Assembly (NCBI GenBank): GCA_963842855.1
Contig: CAWJHW010000002.1
Span: 203,187-267,186, forward strand
Origin: an uncultured Methylomirabilota bacterium
GTDB lineage: Bacteria > Methylomirabilota > Methylomirabilia > Methylomirabilales > 2-02-FULL-66-22
Direction of reading: 5' to 3'
DNA length: 64,000 bases
Positions 60,432 through 64,000 of this stretch are shown piece by piece. The position numbers and the translations under genes are program-made. How positions within the stretch are numbered: position 1 is the first letter of the stretch; every line of letters starts with the position of its first letter. The notes beneath the pieces were generated by a model. The model was given only the letters and a program-made list of their open reading frames with translations. It was not told the DNA's origin and did not search any database.

Positions 60432-61581
60432 GGGGAAAGACCTTGAGCAGCCGGTACGTCGTATTGCGCTCGGCCGGGATTCGGTGGAGCTCCCAGATCC
60501 ACCGGTGAAACTCCTCAGGCGGCAGATACTCGCCGGCCGTGGCCCCGGCCAGCCGCGAGATGTTCTCCTCCATCAGGGTGCCGCTGTAGTCGTTGGCCCC
60601 CGCCTGGAGGCACCGCTGCGACAGCTCGCGTCCCAGCTTCACCCATGAGACCTGGATGTTGTCGATGGCGCCCTGGAGCATCAGGCGGGCCAGGGCGTGC
60701 ACCTTCAGGTGTTCCTCGGTCGTCGGGCCGGGCCGGGACTTTCCCTCCTGGAAGAGGTGCGTGTTGAAGTGGACGAAGCCGAGCGGCACGAACTCCGTGA
60801 ACCCGCCCGTCTCCTTCTGGATGTCCCGCAGGAGGCAGAGCTGGTCAACCCAGTGGACCGGCCGCTCGACGTGGCCGTACATCATGGTCGAGGTGGTCGG
60901 GATGCCCAGGCGGTGGGCCGTGGTGATGACGTCCACCCACTGCTGCACCGTCACCTTCTTCCGCGACAGGAGCTGGCGGACGTTATCATCCAAAATCTCG
61001 GCCGCCGTGCCGGGCAGGCTCCCCAGGCCTTCGGCCTTCAGCATGGTGAGGTAGTCGGCGAGCGGCAGCCCCGTCTTCTCCACGCCGTACACCACCTCCA
61101 TGGGCGAGAAGGCGTGGATGTGGATCCCGGGCGCGGCCTGCTTGATCGCTCGCAGGATGTCCCGGTAGTGCGTGCCGTCCAGCTCGCGGGGCAGGCCTCC
61201 CTGCACGCAGATCTCGGTGGCGCCGCGGTCCCACGCCTCGACCGCTCTCCTCGCGATCTCTTCGAAGGACAGGTCGTAGGCGTCGGGGGCGTTCGGCCCC
61301 GTGCTGAACGCGCAGAACTTGCAGCCGATGATGCAGATGTTGGTGAAGTTGATGTTCCGGTTGACCACGTAGGTGACGATATCCCCCACGCGACGGCGGC
61401 GCACCTCATCCGCCACGGCCGCCAGCGCATTCACCGAGTCGGCTCCCATCTCCGCCAGGGCCAGCCCCTCGGCGTGGGTGAGCTCCCGTCCCTCCAGCGC
61501 CCGATCCAGGATGCGCGCGATGGCGGGGGGAACGGCTCGAACCTCAGCGTCTGTACCGCGCGGCAAGACGGTCGTCTCCAT
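60418..61581 (-). CDS. cofH: FO synthase subunit 2 (radical SAM)
   Basis: NINFTNIC..GC.FCAF cluster motif, family-typical length, and adjacency to cofG. Confidence 0.9.
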   Translation of the reverse strand: METTVLPRGTDAEVRAVPPAIARILDRALEGRELTHAEGLALAEMGADSVNALAAVADEVRRRRVGDIVTYVVNRNINFTNICIIGCKFCAFSTGPNAPDAYDLSFEEIARRAVEAWDRGATEICVQGGLPRELDGTHYRDILRAIKQAAPGIHIHAFSPMEVVYGVEKTGLPLADYLTMLKAEGLGSLPGTAAEILDDNVRQLLSRKKVTVQQWVDVITTAHRLGIPTTSTMMYGHVERPVHWVDQLCLLRDIQKETGGFTEFVPLGFVHFNTHLFQEGKSRPGPTTEEHLKVHALARLMLQGAIDNIQVSWVKLGRELSQRCLQAGANDYSGTLMEENISRLAGATAGEYLPPEEFHRWIWELHRIPAERNTTYRLLKVFPRNDQ

Positions 61582-61597
61582 GGGAACTCCCTTCAAT

Positions 61598-61658
61598 GGA
61601 AAACGGACAACCGCCGGTTCACAATCGGTCGGCTGCCGGTCGTCGGTTATCGGTTCTC
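61598..61658. repeat. tandem-word hairpin element (GGACAAC / TCGGT words)
   Basis: Left arm ggaaaacggacaaccgccggttcacaa, right arm tcggtcggctgccggtcgtcggttatcggttctc. Contains the cofG stop codon. Confidence 0.7.
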
Positions 61659-62882
61659 ACATGCCAAGGACGGTCTCGGCTCGTGGCTCTCGGCTCTCCC
61701 GTCGGGAACCAAGCCATCGCCGTCCGCGGACGCGCGGATGCGCTCGGCCAGCTCGGGAGGCAGGTACTCGCGGCCATACAGGATGTACTCAGGATACACT
61801 GGCAAGCGCTGGCGCAGAAGAAATCCTCGGTCTTCCGTGACCGCCCGCAGGGCCGCGAGGTGCGGCCAGGGGGCCTCCGGATTGATGAAGTCCCGCGTGA
61901 GGGGAGAAACCCCGCCCCAATCGTTGATCCCGGCGTCGAGGAGCCGTCCGAACTCCTGCGTCAGGTTGGGCGGCGCTTGGAGGTTCATGAACGGGCCCAG
62001 GATCAGTCGCGCCACGGCCGTGGTCCGGAGCATGTCTTCCGGCGTGGGCTCCGGCTGGTCGCGCATGGGGATGGTCGGCTTCACCCGGAAGTTCTGGACG
62101 ATGACCTCTTGGATGTGGCCGTACCGCTCGTGCAGGCCCCGAATGGCGAGGAGAGAGTCCACGCGCTCTTCGCCCGTCTCGCCGATGCCGACGAGGATGC
62201 CTGTGGTGAACGGGATCTTCAGCCGGCCGGCCACTTCCATGACGCGAAGACGCACCCGAGGATGCTTCGTCACGGCTCCGTGGTGCGGCCCGCCCGCCAG
62301 GAGCAGGCGGGGGCTCGCCGATTCCAGCATGAGGCCCATGCTCGCGTTCACGGCCCTCAGGGCGCGGAGGTCCGGCTCGCTCATCACCCCCGGATTCGCG
62401 TGGGGAAAGAGGGGCGAGCGGTCGAGCACCAGCCCGCAGGCCGCCCGCAGGTATTCCAGGGTCCGCCGGTAGCCCAACCCCCGCAGGATCGCCCGCGCCC
62501 CGGGAAACACGGCCTCGGGCGCATCCCCCAGGCTGAAGAGCGCCTCGGTGCAGCCGAGCCGGGCCCCTTCCCCCACCACGGCCAGCACCTGCTCCGGCGT
62601 CATGATCCAGCCATCTGGGTCCTCCGGATCCCGCCGGAATGTGCAATACCCGCAACGGTCCCGGCAGAGGTTCGTCAGGGGCAGGAACACCTTGCGGGAG
62701 TACGTGATGGTCTTTCCCTTCCCTCGGTTTCGCAGGGCCGCCGCCGCCGCGAGCAGCGGGTCGAGTGGCGCCGAGGGTTCGAGGAAACGGATCGCCGCCT
62801 CGCGGGAGAGCCCCCGCCCGGCCGCAGCATCATCCAGCGCACCCGTGAGCGACCGATCCCGCACGGAGCCCACAACCATCAT
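61647..62882 (-). CDS. cofG: FO synthase subunit 1 (radical SAM)
   Basis: VF.PLTNLCRDRCGYCTF motif. ATG-ATG start at 62882. The longer ORF to 63521 overlaps the PPIase gene and is not used. Confidence 0.9.
   Translation of the reverse strand: MMVVGSVRDRSLTGALDDAAAGRGLSREAAIRFLEPSAPLDPLLAAAAALRNRGKGKTITYSRKVFLPLTNLCRDRCGYCTFRRDPEDPDGWIMTPEQVLAVVGEGARLGCTEALFSLGDAPEAVFPGARAILRGLGYRRTLEYLRAACGLVLDRSPLFPHANPGVMSEPDLRALRAVNASMGLMLESASPRLLLAGGPHHGAVTKHPRVRLRVMEVAGRLKIPFTTGILVGIGETGEERVDSLLAIRGLHERYGHIQEVIVQNFRVKPTIPMRDQPEPTPEDMLRTTAVARLILGPFMNLQAPPNLTQEFGRLLDAGINDWGGVSPLTRDFINPEAPWPHLAALRAVTEDRGFLLRQRLPVYPEYILYGREYLPPELAERIRASADGDGLVPDGRAESHEPRPSLACENR
61671..61706. repeat. one-armed tandem-word element (CTCGGCT words) inside the cofG 3' end
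   Basis: cggtctcggctcgtggctctcggctctcccgtcggg, which encodes ...PDGRAESHEPRP. Confidence 0.6.
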
Positions 62883-62941
62883 GCCATTCGACCCCACAGA
62901 TGTCCGTCGTCCGGTTTGTCTTCCCACGCAACGGGTTAAAG

Positions 62942-63559
62942 CTACGGCTTCCCTCGGGAAATGACGACCTCGTTCAGCACCACGTCCTTCAGGGGGCGAT
63001 CGTTCGGCCCCCGGGGGACGCTCCCGATCGCCACGACCACATCCTGCCCCTGGACGACCTCGCCGAAGACCGAGTGCCGGTTGTCCAGGTGCGGGGTGGG
63101 AACCGTGGTGATGAAGAACTGGCTCCCATTGGTGTTGGGACCGGCGTTGGCCATGGACAGGATCCCCGGCTTGTTGTGCCGGAGATCGGGGCTGAATTCG
63201 TCGTCGAACTTGTAGCCCGGTCCGCCCCTCCCGGTCCCCAGCGGGTCCCCGCCCTGGATCATGAAGTTGGGAATGACCCGATGGAAAATCGTCCCATTGT
63301 ACAGCGGGCGCTTCACCTGCTTCCCCGTCTTCGGATCGGTCCACTCCTTCGTGCCCGTGGCCAAGCCGACGAAATTCTCGACCGTCCTCGGGGCCTTGTC
63401 CTCGTCCAGCCGGACCACGATGTTCCCCAGGCTCGTCTTGAACGTCGCATACAAGGGTCCGCTCACCTTTTTCTCTTTTTCTGCGGCACCGGCCCACCCA
63501 AGCGACGCGACGAGCAGGCACCCAGTGAGGATAATGCGTCCGAGGGGTTGAAACGACAT
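62942..63559 (-). CDS. secreted cyclophilin-type peptidyl-prolyl cis-trans isomerase
   Basis: Signal peptide; FHRVI.NFMIQGGDP and NGSQFFIT motifs. Confidence 0.9.
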   Translation of the reverse strand: MSFQPLGRIILTGCLLVASLGWAGAAEKEKKVSGPLYATFKTSLGNIVVRLDEDKAPRTVENFVGLATGTKEWTDPKTGKQVKRPLYNGTIFHRVIPNFMIQGGDPLGTGRGGPGYKFDDEFSPDLRHNKPGILSMANAGPNTNGSQFFITTVPTPHLDNRHSVFGEVVQGQDVVVAIGSVPRGPNDRPLKDVVLNEVVISRGKP

Positions 63560-63616
63560 GACGTGTCTCCGCCGGGCGCTCGCCCGGAACCCTGGGGAGG
63601 CGCGCTCTCGCGGCGC

Positions 63617-64000
63617 CTAGCCCTCGCCCTCCGGCGAAGTGTAGTTCCTCAGGCCGAGCGTCTCATAGATCCTCAGCGTGGCCTTCGACCGGTTCAGCGT
63701 GTAAAAGTGGACGCCCCGCACCCCGTGATCGATGAGGTCCCTCACCTGCTCCGTCGCCCAGTGAATGCCGACGCGCTCCACGTACTCGTCGTCCTTCGCC
63801 CGGACGAGCGACCTCGTCAATCGCGCGGGAAACCTCGCCCCGAGAGCCAGCTCGGCCATCCGGACCATGCCCCGAATGGACGTGACCGGCATGAGGCCCG
63901 CGATGATCGGGACCCGGATGCCCGCGATCTCGCACCGCTCGCAGAAATCGTAGAAATCGCGATTGTCGAAGAAGAGCTGGGTGCAGATGTAGTCCGCCCC
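63617..64000 (-). CDS. metF: methylenetetrahydrofolate reductase, C-terminal part (5' end outside the window)
   Basis: The frame is open to the window edge. TQLFFD...F..F...C...GI.VPI..G.MP and GVRGVHFYTLN motifs. Confidence 0.85.
   Translation of the reverse strand, partial: GADYICTQLFFDNRDFYDFCERCEIAGIRVPIIAGLMPVTSIRGMVRMAELALGARFPARLTRSLVRAKDDEYVERVGIHWATEQVRDLIDHGVRGVHFYTLNRSKATLRIYETLGLRNYTSPEGEG

Overview
Gene-dense, high-GC (about 65% by eye) bacterial chromosomal segment. No searches were run; all calls come from reading the sequence and ORF track and from remembered family motifs. Core content: pyrF-pyrE, a frameshifted rarA, HU, a TPP-riboswitch-controlled nudix-thiS-thiG-thiE operon running on into a NYN-domain gene and ltaE, an RqcH/NFACT-like gene, ppx/gppA, HNH, LysM, uvrB, csp, a large PAS/GAF histidine kinase, ileS-lspA-rluD, a class V aminotransferase-serA pair, hisZ-purA, glgA, and a six-gene F420 operon (cofG-cofH-npdG-cofD-cofC::cofE-PPOX). 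Accessory content lies at about 31.5-39.5 kb. There an intact tRNA-Lys is flanked by a 5' half-copy and a 3' half-copy. The lower-GC DNA between them carries an AbiJ/HEPN-like gene, an OPRT-like phosphoribosyltransferase paralogue, decayed fragments and an intact IS5-family element. This is followed by a PilZ gene triad and an hpnI-J-K-(orphan radical SAM)-hpnL hopanoid tailoring cluster. A RAYT-type HUH transposase with inverted flanking repeats sits at 51.4-52.5 kb. The most unusual signal is not a gene. About 21 hairpin elements have arms built from 3-10 tandem copies of a 7-8 nt word. At least ten different words are used, almost always exactly at gene boundaries. Some elements supply stop codons or terminal residues, and one is inserted in frame in the kinase ATPase domain. 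I cannot assign this architecture to a named repeat family. Two sizeable noncoding gaps (24.1-24.6 kb and 49.2-49.8 kb) remain unexplained.
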